NCBI GenBank assembly: GCA_905178155.1
Contig: CAJINV010000001.1
Location: forward strand, 15,190,142-15,254,141
Source of the DNA: Amoebophrya sp. A120
Lineage: Eukaryota; Protista; Dinoflagellata
Direction of reading: 5' to 3'
Length of the DNA: 64,000 nt
The position numbers were made by a program, and so were the translations under genes. The notes beneath the pieces were generated by a model, which worked only from the letters and a program-made list of their open reading frames with translations, did not search any database and had not been told where the DNA came from. Below, piece after piece: positions 22,001 through 32,894 of this stretch (positions within the stretch are counted from its first letter, which is position 1; each line of letters begins with the position of its first letter).

Positions 22001-25000
22001 AAACACCTTCTCATCCAAACCGGCTTTGGCGGAAGAAAAAACGAAAAACACCACTGCTGAAATTACCACGGGCAAAACGACAACGAGCGAGCCAGTGCGT
22101 GAGAAAAAGCCCAAGGCGAAGCCTGTGGTAAGTGTGCCACGGGACTTGAAGTCGGGCACGACTTCTAAACCACCTTCGTCGCGCGGGGACAAAACTACAC
22201 CGGCAGCGGCTAGTAACACCAAAACGAGAGGTTTGTCTTTCGCCAGTACAACAGATGACGTGGTTGAAAATTCAGTTCCACAAAAAAAGCAACTGCAACC
22301 AACTGCGGGCCTCGCTCGACAAACCACTACTGCTTTCTCAGGCCGTAAACTTTTGGAAGAGCCGCAGGTCGCACCGAACAACTGGCAACTTGCGACGCAT
22401 GAAAAGTCGGGAACATTTTTCGGCGCCTTGCCTTCGCGTTCTTTGACTTTCTCGCGGTTCACTACGGCGCATCTATTTCTCGAGCCATCGGCGCAATTGT
22501 CACGGTCATCCCTGACGCTTGTCCGCACCTGGTACAGCCTGCGCAACGGGCGGGACCACACTTGTACGTCTACGATGCCTTCGGCGGTGGCAAATTTCGC
22601 GGCGTCGGATGTTCGTGGACAAGAGCACGCAACTGCGGCGCAGTCGGATCTCCAGGAAGCCTGGGTGGCGCATTTCACTCTTGCAGACAAAAAGAATGAA
22701 TACGGAAGTACAATAAAAGGGGCATCAGTACAGTCGAAAAGTAGTAAGAGCGCCAGTAGCCAGTTTTGCCGGAGTCACGTTTCGCCCGCTTTTACTAGCG
22801 CGAACGTTGCGAGCTTTCGTAGCAGCGTTGCGAAAAAAATCTCTTCTTCCGTGGATATGGTGGTCTATGATCAAGGGGCAGACACGGTCATGAGGCGAGA
22901 AGGAGCAGCAGCACCAGCAGGAGTTCCCGGTGCAGTAGCTGAACCAGAGGAGAAGCATGCATCTGAGAAACAATCCGGACTTACTGATCCAGCTGCACAA
23001 TTCTCAAGAGTAACGGAGAGTAAGCTCGAGGGGCGTGTGGTATCTCCCTCGCTGCCGGGCGGCACAAGCACCATGAAGCAATTTATGAAAAACGTGCTGT
23101 CAGAAAAGAACGACAAATTCCTCATTGTCGATGGTGTGGGCGACTTCTACGACGGCCACGCGGAGCACTTCCAGTTCTTCATCGACGGAAATGCGGCGAC
23201 ATCTTCTAATGCATTTGCCTCCGTGAATACGCCGCAAACGCAGATGGCAACGTCACAGCAGCACGCTGACAGAGGAAGAAAGAAAAAGAACAGTTCTCAT
23301 CCTGCGCCCTCTACTCCACAGGACCTAAAGGCGACGTCAGCCTCGTCTCCTTCCGCAGGACAAGAAGGATCATTTCCGAGAAACGACGAGGCCGCCCGCG
23401 CGTGGGCTCCTGCGTCGAGCAGCACGGACGAATTTCGCTTACCCGCCGCGGACATCCCAGGTTCTTCGATCTGGAGTACGGTGCGAAACTTTTTCGGTTC
23501 CTGGTGGACCGAGGGAGCCGCCGTGCAGCACGAATCAACGGCTGGCGGAGGAGAGGAGCTGCAAAGAAGTCGCATTGAGGCTGCAAACCAGCTGCATGGC
23601 CTTGCGGCGCCCGGCGCGCTTGGTCTCGCCGCCTCGTCCCGTGACGCGCTCAATGTCCAGACACTCTCTGATGCGAGTGCGATCGACGCAATACCAGCCT
23701 CGCCAGAGTCCCAGCGGTTTCAGCCGTACTGGAATCCCGTACTATCTGCGGCAACCGCGTTTGACATCAATCGTGTTTTGGCATTGGTCGCACGGATTAC
23801 AGGCATAACGCAAGCGAGTGCAAAAATTTCTCTTCCGAAAGACACAGACATGACCAAGCAGGCCTCGCATCCCAACTTTGTCAGCGTAGAAGTGGACCTT
23901 TCCGCCACACAAGCTGTTGTAAGTGATGGAGGACTATTAACTGTTCGGCTCCTAGCCGAGAATGCGCTTGAGGATGAATCGGGACGAGGAACCACAGACA
24001 AAGCAGCAACGCCGGCTGCACCACCGACAGATCAAGGTTCCTCTGCATCTTCTTCTGTTGCATCCAAGCCGCCCGCTTCATCTTCCAGTGCCGCACCACT
24101 CGTGACGATAGCTCCACCAGCTTCACGTGAGCAAGCTATAGCCGTTCCCTCGCGAGAGAAAATAAAGCCACCGGATGCTGGTACCACGACGACTGCAAAG
24201 ACCTCCGCTCCAGCAGTACTACCCGTTCCTGAAGTTGCGGGCGCCACGCTCGAAGCGGGTTCTTACTGCTCGCCTTTTTTCCTAGAGTGGTTTCTGTCCG
24301 TGAGCTGTGGTATCCATGTGCGGGATGGTCTCTTCCAGGCCTTCGCGCAAGCGCGGGAGCACGCGTACTGGCTCTCCGGAGCGCGGAAGTGGCACTCGGA
24401 ACTGCAACTCCAGGAACAGGACGACTTTGCCCCCGAAGACGCAGACGAAGAACTTCCCCCGCGACGGCAACTGCAAGCGAGTTCGGGCGAGGTCGTGAAA
24501 TTGCTCCCGGACAGCGAGGACCTCCGCCGGACAGAGGAAGTGCGCCTGCGCCAGGAGTGGCTGACCTTCCGGGACTTCGTGCTGTTTCGGACTCTAGCGA
24601 GAGCGCCGCTCTTTCCCTTAAGAGGCTTGAGTCGGGGCCTGTTCTTCGTGGGAGGGTTTGAAGAGGCGAATGTTCTGAAACTGCCCGCGCCAGAGGATGG
24701 TGGTGCAAGCGTAACTCCTGCTGGTGCACCTCCTTCGGTAGTAGATGGAAGCAGTCCCACTGGCGTATCAGAAGGTGCTGAGGGAGCAGAAGTCGGGCAC
24801 CCTGAACCTGGTGCTCAGGAAAAAACGGAAAATCCAACGGGAGATCGGTCAGGGGCTAGCCGGGCTTCTTCGCCGGACGGCGCCACCAGGAGGACCAGGC
24901 GGATGCAGATGTCAGAGGGTACTACTACTTCTCAAGCGGAGACTAACTTCGGCACAACAGGCGACTTATCGGAACCGCAAAAAATACGAATAGCCTCACC

Positions 25001-25733
25001 AGAGCAGATCTTCATAGCACACGAGAGTGTGTATGCGCACCACCCGGATCAGGTGGTGAGGGACTTCGCTCTCGAGGCACGCTGGACTTTGTTTCAGGGT
25101 GCTGGGTTGCAGCAGGTCTTCCTGGATCCGGACGTGTTATTTCCGATAGCTGCGCCAACACAACTCGGGGGCAGCACCAGCAGCGAGGCAGCAGATGATC
25201 CCTACCAACGCGAACGGGAGCAGCTCCGTGCGGCGTTTCAAGAGGCGGTGAACTTTACCAAATCCGTGGAAGACATTCTCGAGGACGCCCACGTGATAAG
25301 AACAGGAGATCACCATATCGACCAGCACAACTACCGAGGACAGCACTCCTCGAGCCTGAACACGCACGAGGCCCATCAACTTTCAGCCGTCAGTGCGGCC
25401 CTGCCGAAACCCCAGGGGCAGATCTACGGGTTTGCAGCCTTCCAGTTTCTGCAGTGCCCCTGTCACACCGGGATTCTCAATTGGCGCAATCCGAACTATG
25501 TGCAGCAAACCATCGAGTTCACACTGCAACAGGCTCTGGAAATCCCGAGCAGCGAGCAGTACGGCATTTGGCTGCTGGAGACACTCCCCTGGCGGCAGCC
25601 GAGCGTGGCTGTCGCCGAGGCATGGTCGCGGAGGAGGCGATGGGTGGTCAAGAGCGTGCACCAAAAAATAATTCTTCGCATGAGCGGCTACGAAACGCTG
25701 CAGCTCGTCGCCAAGCGACATGAGAGCTACTAG
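19080..25733 (+). CDS. Very large intronless low-complexity orphan protein (about 2200 aa) with an N-terminal membrane segment
   Basis: Uninterrupted 6.8-kb ORF (18900-25733). Likely start MTATSLLIRRYTATRLRL, Arg-rich and transit-peptide-like. Hydrophobic segment VIGPVVAAVSVWGFCLLLSLYLW; long S/T/A/P tracts. Confidence 0.75.
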   Translation: MTATSLLIRRYTATRLRLNNVSRRTPCCEPVRSCSEKALRSYSAFGSRSSGRSEVDSSRDQQHSIVRWNAAGHDQVCEDLRFRSCFFLPCRGGSVLAFLHLKDFCRYSQRAEATTRSVLSSHSHHQLQEPRVSDRLRADAKMKATQGGHLSYFSFLRQHVIGPVVAAVSVWGFCLLLSLYLWRSIGDEEFNQYLMSTYVIPIISSGYLLIKNSDEATETKDDAEQEQTKQLLKLQGLSLQAELVLVNKKQVLVSHIREALGRERAFRWDELFLLELERREEEKQTATAGNVAVNVVSSLVAAAAGGGGGSAVGTTPGKSAAAKMPRTNRNLGVSAATAADDGRSLADNRKTSSGGAPLAAVAMQNAGAAAASSAGGTSGGYSAPQQPAAAAPTLAASTPSSTSKVVAPATAPPSVKTVEVKASECVVSEMANRPVLRFTFQCPTNTKQKDTDSKKQAAEDDSKQSVKQVGYSWVQAIRDRFGTKPEDMITLEWTGEVLEVSDGLDVFQQSLTITKLPDAGKNWQVKQLTLWKLRQEHPQADQALRAAPYFSSFKKTLDLYRERQTQIRENIEEEASSRASLPVVSQEQRPRAGGDVVKGKSAVVAPSSRSNSKITSSSSGTRARALSSPPVERETSEAVAKVTGLAASGGSKSPADTTDQLSAYKTLAKKRADLVEELEFFVRKSEWSATFLKRLHDERQKQGSIPAGGAQQTGGSSPGNLPGHPLYSKSMWLAVEHPVSMITSVSRLVSGVVFYPQVGQKYRASVGSGSPGMLRRNFHRYLSAIFPRARARRDVFIRVTTTTPPPTAVVRSSITAGPPAVAEETQQVAKEIETAKLSTAVSSGSSKASTAANRPGPVAETPVPAPVDAAAPVAKPDSILPVSTPVGTPPSSIAPVVTTSPPIPEEGGGVSSAAPTVTTSAPGTATGQTATSAAPTAGNVNELSSGLLKVKKDSGAKIEDLDTAAGMDSVSAKANTFSSKPALAEEKTKNTTAEITTGKTTTSEPVREKKPKAKPVVSVPRDLKSGTTSKPPSSRGDKTTPAAASNTKTRGLSFASTTDDVVENSVPQKKQLQPTAGLARQTTTAFSGRKLLEEPQVAPNNWQLATHEKSGTFFGALPSRSLTFSRFTTAHLFLEPSAQLSRSSLTLVRTWYSLRNGRDHTCTSTMPSAVANFAASDVRGQEHATAAQSDLQEAWVAHFTLADKKNEYGSTIKGASVQSKSSKSASSQFCRSHVSPAFTSANVASFRSSVAKKISSSVDMVVYDQGADTVMRREGAAAPAGVPGAVAEPEEKHASEKQSGLTDPAAQFSRVTESKLEGRVVSPSLPGGTSTMKQFMKNVLSEKNDKFLIVDGVGDFYDGHAEHFQFFIDGNAATSSNAFASVNTPQTQMATSQQHADRGRKKKNSSHPAPSTPQDLKATSASSPSAGQEGSFPRNDEAARAWAPASSSTDEFRLPAADIPGSSIWSTVRNFFGSWWTEGAAVQHESTAGGGEELQRSRIEAANQLHGLAAPGALGLAASSRDALNVQTLSDASAIDAIPASPESQRFQPYWNPVLSAATAFDINRVLALVARITGITQASAKISLPKDTDMTKQASHPNFVSVEVDLSATQAVVSDGGLLTVRLLAENALEDESGRGTTDKAATPAAPPTDQGSSASSSVASKPPASSSSAAPLVTIAPPASREQAIAVPSREKIKPPDAGTTTTAKTSAPAVLPVPEVAGATLEAGSYCSPFFLEWFLSVSCGIHVRDGLFQAFAQAREHAYWLSGARKWHSELQLQEQDDFAPEDADEELPPRRQLQASSGEVVKLLPDSEDLRRTEEVRLRQEWLTFRDFVLFRTLARAPLFPLRGLSRGLFFVGGFEEANVLKLPAPEDGGASVTPAGAPPSVVDGSSPTGVSEGAEGAEVGHPEPGAQEKTENPTGDRSGASRASSPDGATRRTRRMQMSEGTTTSQAETNFGTTGDLSEPQKIRIASPEQIFIAHESVYAHHPDQVVRDFALEARWTLFQGAGLQQVFLDPDVLFPIAAPTQLGGSTSSEAADDPYQREREQLRAAFQEAVNFTKSVEDILEDAHVIRTGDHHIDQHNYRGQHSSSLNTHEAHQLSAVSAALPKPQGQIYGFAAFQFLQCPCHTGILNWRNPNYVQQTIEFTLQQALEIPSSEQYGIWLLETLPWRQPSVAVAEAWSRRRRWVVKSVHQKIILRMSGYETLQLVAKRHESY

Positions 25734-26448
25734 GCGAAGATTATGGCAGTAGGAGTAGCCGTTTTATCATCTTGTTCTGCTGCTGCGAGGTGATTTTGCG
25801 CGGTCGCGGTGTGTCCCGGATGCGCTAGACCTCTTGCGTATGAAAAAGTGGATATCGCTGCGCCGGGGCTTTGGTTTTGGTCTTCCATAGGTTTCTCGGC
25901 TTAGCTCGCCGCTTACAGTGCACTTCAAACATGTTGGCTCTACTTCTGCGCAGTGTCGCCCTTCCAAGAATTAAGTAGAATCTGTACAGGCATAGATTCA
26001 TTTGTCCAAGCGCCTGGTCATTGCTGCATCTGTGACGATGCTCGTTTCTACTTTTTGTGTTTTCCCCGAGGGCATAATTGGCAAACAGCGGCTTGATTTT
26101 TGCAAATCGTGACTCCGTCGCTTGTGGTACGAGAGAGAAGAAGCACCCATGAGCGCTGCAATCATCCAAAAGAAGCAAATTTTTTCGTTTATCGCCGTGA
26201 TCGCGAATCGTTGTGCACGATTTCAAATGGAATACATCGCAGGTCCCATTCGTTTCGAAGACTTCTCAGGTTGCTGAATACAATTTTTTCGCCCTCGTGT
26301 CCCCCGTTGAAAGACATCTATGATCTGCTTTTTTTTGCATGCGCGAGTTTTTCTTTAATTGTCCATGTCGGCGCCGAGCCTTGTTGTAGTTCACATTCAG
26401 CACTTTTCACTACGGCACCGCTGAGCAGAGCCTTTTCACTACGGCAAG

Positions 26449-29400
26449 ATGATGATCACCGGGCCGTCTCGTGCCGAAACCGCGGCAACTTTGCGTCGAC
26501 GGTATGACGCTTTGCGTATTGTTGCTGGAATTTTTCTGCTCTCCGTTGTCGCCGCAGGTGCCTGGATATTGTACGATTGGTTTGAGAACAGGCACTTTCC
26601 ATTTTGGACCGCGATATTTGGTGGCGGGCCGAGCGAAAACACGGAAAAGAAGGAGAGGCTTTCCACATCAACTACGTCGACTTCTAGTTCCTCCAACATG
26701 AACGGTCGTTACACTGTCCAGGAAAAAACACCCATCCACATCCAATTTGTCATGCAAAACATACATAAAATCCTGTGTTTGTCATGCAAAAAATGGATGT
26801 GGATGGGTTTTTTTCTGTGGATATACACGCTGGACGATCCCCGCGCGGCGAAATTTGAAACGGAATTCGCGAAACGCGGAATGCAGTTCTTTGACGTGTA
26901 CAGTGACGTCATTGACTCGCGCTACGCGGAAGTGTATTGGACGGAGCAGGGGAATTTGCCCTTGCCGAGGGTAATCCAGGACAAGTTCGAGAACGGAAAA
27001 ACGATCGCGATCACGGGGTACGAGCATGACCAAGTGTTTGCGAGTGATCTCAGCGTGTCTGTGCCCTTCTCCTGGGTCTACAACCACCATTACGTCGTAT
27101 ATGTGACAACGGGGAAGATGGAGTACAAACTTGCGGCGAGGTCCGATGTGCGAAAGTGGGCTATGAGGAAACACGGGGATGAAAATTCAGGTTCTCGGAG
27201 CAGTACTGCTGCTACCGAGCTTTCGAAAAATCAGCATTTGGACCTGCACCACATGGGTGTGGGCATGCGGGACTGGAACAAAACGCACGTGAGACTTTGG
27301 GTGCCGGTCGATAGCAGTCCCAAGAAGAAAGAACGTGAAAATTTTTATCCAAGCGACGACTCGACGACTATTCCGCGCTCGCAGTTTATTTCCGAGGCAA
27401 ATGGCGGGGAGAGCCGCAAGAGCCTGCACAGCTATCCAAAGGGCTTAGCGCAACTAGTGTACTCACCGAAGTTCTGGCACGTGACGCCGATGCAGGTCGA
27501 CAGCCGGAACCGGAAGTGCGGGTTGGATCCGAGCACGGTCGGAAAGCCCTGTGCGACACTCGGTCCGGAGCCAAGGCAAGCGAGGTACGGAAGAGAGATG
27601 AAAAACGCCAATGTGTCTGCACTGGTGGAGTGCCCGTGCACCGACCGGTTCGGCGGCGACCCGCTGATTTACGGGGAGGCAGTGAAGACGAAGTCCTTCC
27701 GCAAGCAGTTTGTGGTGGAGAACTGTGGAGCCGCAAGTACAACAGCTACGACCGCGAAAGCTGCGCAATGCTTCGAAGCGGCGGCAAACTTGGTTCACCT
27801 GGATTCGTCGCGAAAACCTGTGATCGTAAGAAATACGACCGTGCCAGCGGACAGTGCGGAACGCGCACCAGCCGGATGCTCTGTTCGATTTGTCGACACT
27901 CCTGCAAGAAAGCAGGAGCGGCCAGCAGCTGGCGCCACACGATCGCGGCGTGCAGAAGAGGACACGTCGTCGGTAGAGATCCTCTTTCGCGAAGCAGCAG
28001 CTGACTCACTCCAAACATCGAAAGATATCAAAAACTCTGTTGCAAAAAAGTGTACCACGGCCGCCAAGAAGCTAGGGAGTGTGTCTTTTGACGGCATTGG
28101 TGTGTCTACCGAGATATCTGTCAACGAAACGCACGTGGAAATGAGGCTGCAAGGACCCGCGACTGTTTGGTTCGGCGTGGCATTTGACGCGGTGCTGATG
28201 GCTGACCAGCCTTACACCATCCTCGTTTTGCCGAGGGGCTCGACGTCACCAACCGGGGCCAGCTCCTCACAAATGGTTCCACCAACAGAAGCGGACGTTG
28301 TTGAACAGCAGATTGGCACGTGCGGCGAAGAGGCGCAACATTGTCCCGGGGACAGGCTGAAGATACAGTCTTTGACGAAACTAGAGGACCGAGTTGTCGA
28401 AATTAACCCAGATGATTTTTACGTAAGTGAAAATACAGGACCGAGTGCACGAACTTCTTCTGGTGCCGCACCGCAGTTCATGCGCATAGTGCGCGTGGTG
28501 CGGAAGCTGATCGGCGCTAGTCCGAAACACTACACCTTCAATGCCGGCACCATCAATCTGATGGCGGCGATCGGCCGGTCGCCGAAATTCGCCCATCACA
28601 AGGGCCACCGACGAAAGCAGGTCGCACTGTTTGACAGGAGCGCTGACGCGTTCAACTGCGTCTGCGTTGATTTGAAAACGCCAGGCCTTCTGTGCGATTC
28701 CAACGGCCTGAATTGCGAGTCCTTCGTGAAAAACTGTGCGCCGGATTGTGCAAAGACGGACATTTTCCACACAAAGGAGCACCACTGCGGCGACCTGGTT
28801 TGGCAAGAGAACCCGACCTATCAAATGGAAAAATGTCTGGGTCTGGAAACTTGTGATGCTGTGCGGCGTATCATGAGGAGGCCACAATTGCTGGCTCAGC
28901 ATGACAAGTTTCTGAGCTGCTAGGTGTTGCCTATTCTGCATGAGAAACTACCTTTCTGCATGACAGAAAAGTGGGGCTCTTTGGTAATGTGCATGACAGA
29001 TTTAAGAGTCATGCCAGACAAGCATGACAAACTTGCATTCTTCCAGACCCAGACATTTTTACATTTGATACGACCTGCGCCAGTCTGAGTTATGTGGGGG
29101 GTCTTCAGTGTTGCCGACACGGATCGACGTTGCTGGACCAGGGGCAGAAGATGGACCCGCCAGACGTGCTGCAGTATCGGGTCAAGTTCCGGTTCTGGTA
29201 CGAGGAATACAACGAAGGTGGGCGTACTGTCAACACGCAAGACAGAAAGAACGCAGCTCAAAGCCCGACGAAGGTCCGCCCTCCATCGCACCTGAATCTC
29301 GATCGACTGTACTACCAGACCGAGGGTTTCGCTGGTGAGTACGATGTGCCGCCGGCGTTCCGGCTCCCGACCGAAACTCAGCCTCTGGTTGGATTTCCCG

Positions 29401-30167
29401 ACTTGAAGGTTGGGGATGTGTCGAAGGGCACAAAATGCACTTGTGGGCGGGAAACAAGCACGGACCGACGTTGGGAGTTTTCTTCTGGGGCGAAAATAGA
29501 GCCGCTGAGTCTGCTGCCCTCATGCCACTGTGTCCACGCTTTGGAGTATCGGTTTCTGTTCTATCGGAAGGCGATGAGAAGTTCAACCCTGGATGGGTTG
29601 TTCGAAGAGATAACTGGCGCAGTCTCTTTGTCAGAGTCGACTGTCCGTAGCCCGCTGAAAGTTTCCAAGGGGAGCAGTGGCGCCGTTGCAAGAAGCGAGG
29701 CTGTGAATGTGTTGCCCGGATTGACGAGATTGGCCCACGGTGCGGCGTCGATGAATGATCAAAGCACCACCGCACTTTCACACACGGGAAAAAAACCCGG
29801 TGTGTACCTCATTTGGGCGAACGGGCACTGCCACGCACCTTCGTGTCTTTCTATGGAGCTTTTTCGCAACGACACTGGGGAGCTGTTGTGTAAACAAACG
29901 CCACGGGATGCGGCGTCGGAAGCAGGAAGCAAATTCGGGGAGCCGGGATACATCTACACGCCGCCGTGCATTTTTGCCGCTCCGGGCGGACCAGACGAAA
30001 CCGTCTTGCCGCGTGCGCCTCTCATTCCTGACGGCGTTCCGCTATTGAGCGTGAAGAAAAACAAAAACACGGATGTGGGCCATCTCGGCGAGATGGCCTC
30101 GTGGCAAATGCGTGCGGTCGGGGAGGAAAAAGTCACTTCACTAGCCGAACAGGCATCAAGAATATAG
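26449..30167 (+). CDS. SURNod19-like (copper-monooxygenase-like) membrane-anchored protein with a DOMON-like insert; two introners
   Basis: N-terminal TM. SVPFSWVYNHHYVVY, NGGESRKS, YVGGLQCC and YLIWANGHCH...GELLCKQTP...EPGYI parallel SURNod19 motifs; VWFGVAFDAVLMADQPY is DOMON-like. The two ORFs join once 28819-29070 is removed. Confidence 0.65.
26715..26823. mobile_element. Miniature introner family D (109 bp, DR TACAC)
   Basis: About 30-bp TIR TGTCCAGGAAAAAACACCCATCCACATCCA / TGGATGTGGATGGGTTTTTTTCTGTGGATA; DR 26710-26714 and 26824-26828; internal TTGTCATGCAAAA x2; restores G-R-Y-T-L-D-D. Confidence 0.85.
28819..29070. mobile_element. Introner family B (252 bp, DR CGACC)
   Basis: 30-bp TIR with one mismatch; DR 28814-28818 and 29071-29075; restores N-P-T-C-A-S-L-S-Y-V-G-G-L-Q-C-C; near reverse complement of 51812-52063. 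Confidence 0.95.
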
Positions 30168-30583
30168 AATACCGGACGACAGAAGTGGCCGGGATGCGCG
30201 TTTAGATTGGTTCACTGAGTACACTACCTAGTGGTCTCTACCGTTTTTTCTTTGTTCACCGGGAAGGTTCTCAAGTACACCAACTTCTAGTTCATCCGGC
30301 GCCGGTGTTCCCACATTATCTCAGTTCTTGTCTTTTTTTTCGAATTCGATCGTCCAGTCTGAGTTGGAGAGGGACGTGCGACTGAAAAACTGCAAGAGCG
30401 ACCGCTCGCAACAAAAAATGTCTTTTCTTTCATGGGCAGAAGATAGCTTCGAGGATGTCAAGATGACAGCAATAAACCTTGCACAGCGCTGTTTGTAGTT
30501 TGGTAAGGATGTAATTTTTTGGTTGATTGACTTTCAGAAAAACCAAACAGAGTCATAGCTACAGGCTGAGAGCCTAGACATCG

Positions 30584-31780
30584 TTGAACATGTGTACTTC
30601 TCGTCTTTGCCGGACTTTTGATTTTGTTGCCGCACTCATTGCCCATTTCTTGTTCGAACTTTCTTCCGGGTACGCCTTCCCGATTGGCACCACGCCTGGA
30701 TGGACAGAGCAAGTGAACAGAGTCGAATTTCAAGAACCGAAGAAGTACCGAAACTCATTGGGAAACGCCGTCTACCCTCTCGAGAATCACGACGCTGCAT
30801 TTCTCCGGTTTTCCTCTGGTCTGTCGACGCAGGTGCTCATGGTGCTAGTTGAAGATTTTCTGGCGCTTGCAGTCTTTATTCTAGGCTACCCAGTGATGCT
30901 GCACTGCGCGAAAGGAGCCCGGAGGGGGCACGCACCCAGGTGTTTCCGGCTTTTTCCGATCCTTTTCGTGATCGCGACGACTGGGTACCTATGCGCCGTC
31001 TACACTGCGTGCTACGTCGTTCCGGCTTTGGGTTTTCTTTTGGACCACGTAGCTTACTCCGTCTGCGATCCCGGTGTGGCTTCAACGCCGGAAACGCAAA
31101 AGAGGGCAAAAGTCACGGGCTTCGTTGTGTTGACTTCGACGGTGCTGTTTGTGTACAGCTACACCCTCGCTATGTTCACCGACCCGGGCCTTGTTCCGGC
31201 AACTTCGCAGTGGTCTTTACGCCACAACAAGAATGCGACGGGCCTCTCGCAATTCCTCCAAGATCGGAAGAAGTCCACCGGGGAACGAAGATACTGCAAG
31301 CACTGCAAACACTGGAAGCCGGACCGTGCGCACCACTGCCGCTTCCTGGGGAAGTGTGTCCTGAAAATGGACCACTACTGCCCGTGGCTTGACAACACCA
31401 TCGGACTGCAAAACTACAAGTACTTCCTCCTCGCCGTGCTGTACGCCTCCGTCGGCCTATTATCCGTCTTTTACAGCCTGCAAACCGAGGTTTTTCGAAT
31501 CGTCACAGCTTCATCAGGGGAAGTGCATCTGCTGCCACTGTTTCTTCTGCAATTGGCCGCGGGCATCGGGTTTTTTCTTGGTATGTTCAGCCTAGCCGGA
31601 TTTTTTTTCCATTTGTACCTCATCCGCTTGGATTGCACGACCTGCGAATTTACCGAAGAGAAAAGAGAAAAGCAGAAAATTTACTGGTGGACAAGCTATC
31701 GCGATGTTTGCGGTGGTGGCCTCTTGTCTTCGCTGCTTCCGTGCGTGAATCCTAATGGTATAAAATTTGATTTGAAATAA
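30584..31780 (+). CDS. DHHC-family palmitoyl acyltransferase (DHYC variant)
   Basis: RYCKHCKHWKPDRAHHCRFLGKCVLKMDHYCPWLDNTIGLQNYKYF, TDPG motif, TTCE motif and several TMs; the 5' end is uncertain. Confidence 0.92.
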   Translation: MNMCTSRLCRTFDFVAALIAHFLFELSSGYAFPIGTTPGWTEQVNRVEFQEPKKYRNSLGNAVYPLENHDAAFLRFSSGLSTQVLMVLVEDFLALAVFILGYPVMLHCAKGARRGHAPRCFRLFPILFVIATTGYLCAVYTACYVVPALGFLLDHVAYSVCDPGVASTPETQKRAKVTGFVVLTSTVLFVYSYTLAMFTDPGLVPATSQWSLRHNKNATGLSQFLQDRKKSTGERRYCKHCKHWKPDRAHHCRFLGKCVLKMDHYCPWLDNTIGLQNYKYFLLAVLYASVGLLSVFYSLQTEVFRIVTASSGEVHLLPLFLLQLAAGIGFFLGMFSLAGFFFHLYLIRLDCTTCEFTEEKREKQKIYWWTSYRDVCGGGLLSSLLPCVNPNGIKFDLK

Positions 31781-32894
31781 GCATCAGCATATCCATATGC
31801 ATACTGAACACTTGGTGCTCGTGGTGTCGGTGTTGAAGATGCCCTCGCGTTTCTACTGTAACATTTGTACGTAACCTAAGTAATATCGAAACAGGTAACG
31901 GCAGCAAGATTTACGAGGTAGCGCAGTACGACGTTTCAGGGGCGGCGTAACTCATCCGGAACGACGAGCAGGGACGAGGTTCTCCGCACGTAGCTTTGGA
32001 ACGAACGCATAAATTTTTGCTTGATATCGGAGTAAAAACTTTTTCCTGTTGATTTTTATTTTTAGCAGAACTCGTCACACTATTTTTCGAAATGAATGTG
32101 AACTTCATTCAGTTTCAGTTTCTTGGGCTCTTTTTGCTAGTAGGGTTACTATCAAAATGATTTTGGTACAGAAAGTAGTCGTCGAAGGTCATTTGTATGA
32201 TGTTAGTAAGTTTTGAGTATCACGAGACAAAGGTAGGAGGGAGGTTTCCTCTAGGGCCCTCACTTGCACGCCAATCGGATCTCTGCATCGACTTCAGTGA
32301 GACGTTTCCGAAGCTTGTGACAAATGAACCTGCACCACAGTAACCTGTTTCCGGTCGTTGGATTTTCAAATTTGTGTGGTTAATGTGGTTCTTTGTTCGT
32401 CAGGGTTGGTATGGATTCGCAGGATAGGGATCACTCTGAAATCGTTCGTACTTTCATTCTTGCGACCGCTCCTCGTTGAATTTTTGCTCCCCGGGTAGAG
32501 ATGTTTTCGTGTTTTTAACATTCACCATGGGTCATGCTGAATAGGTTGTCCTTTTGTTTTTTCGCCCACCAGCACATGATTCGTCTCTGCCTTTGCGGTT
32601 CGTGTGGAAATTTGAAGGCATACAAGATATAGTTGGTCGACGAAATCGTTGTCGTCGTCGTATTCATCGGGTAAAAACAGGGCGCATGACAAACGACGTC
32701 CGTTGGAGGTGTGATAGACGTCTCAATCGCAGCCCCTTCTGCAATAAACTTGTCACCGAGCAGTTGTAGCATCCATTTTTTTGCCTTGTGCAGTAAGTGT
32801 TTGTCTTCGATCTTTCAGGTTCTTTTTTGAAGCTACTTAGTGCGACACTTCTGACTATCGGATAATAAAAACATTAAGAAGTAGCAAGGACGTC

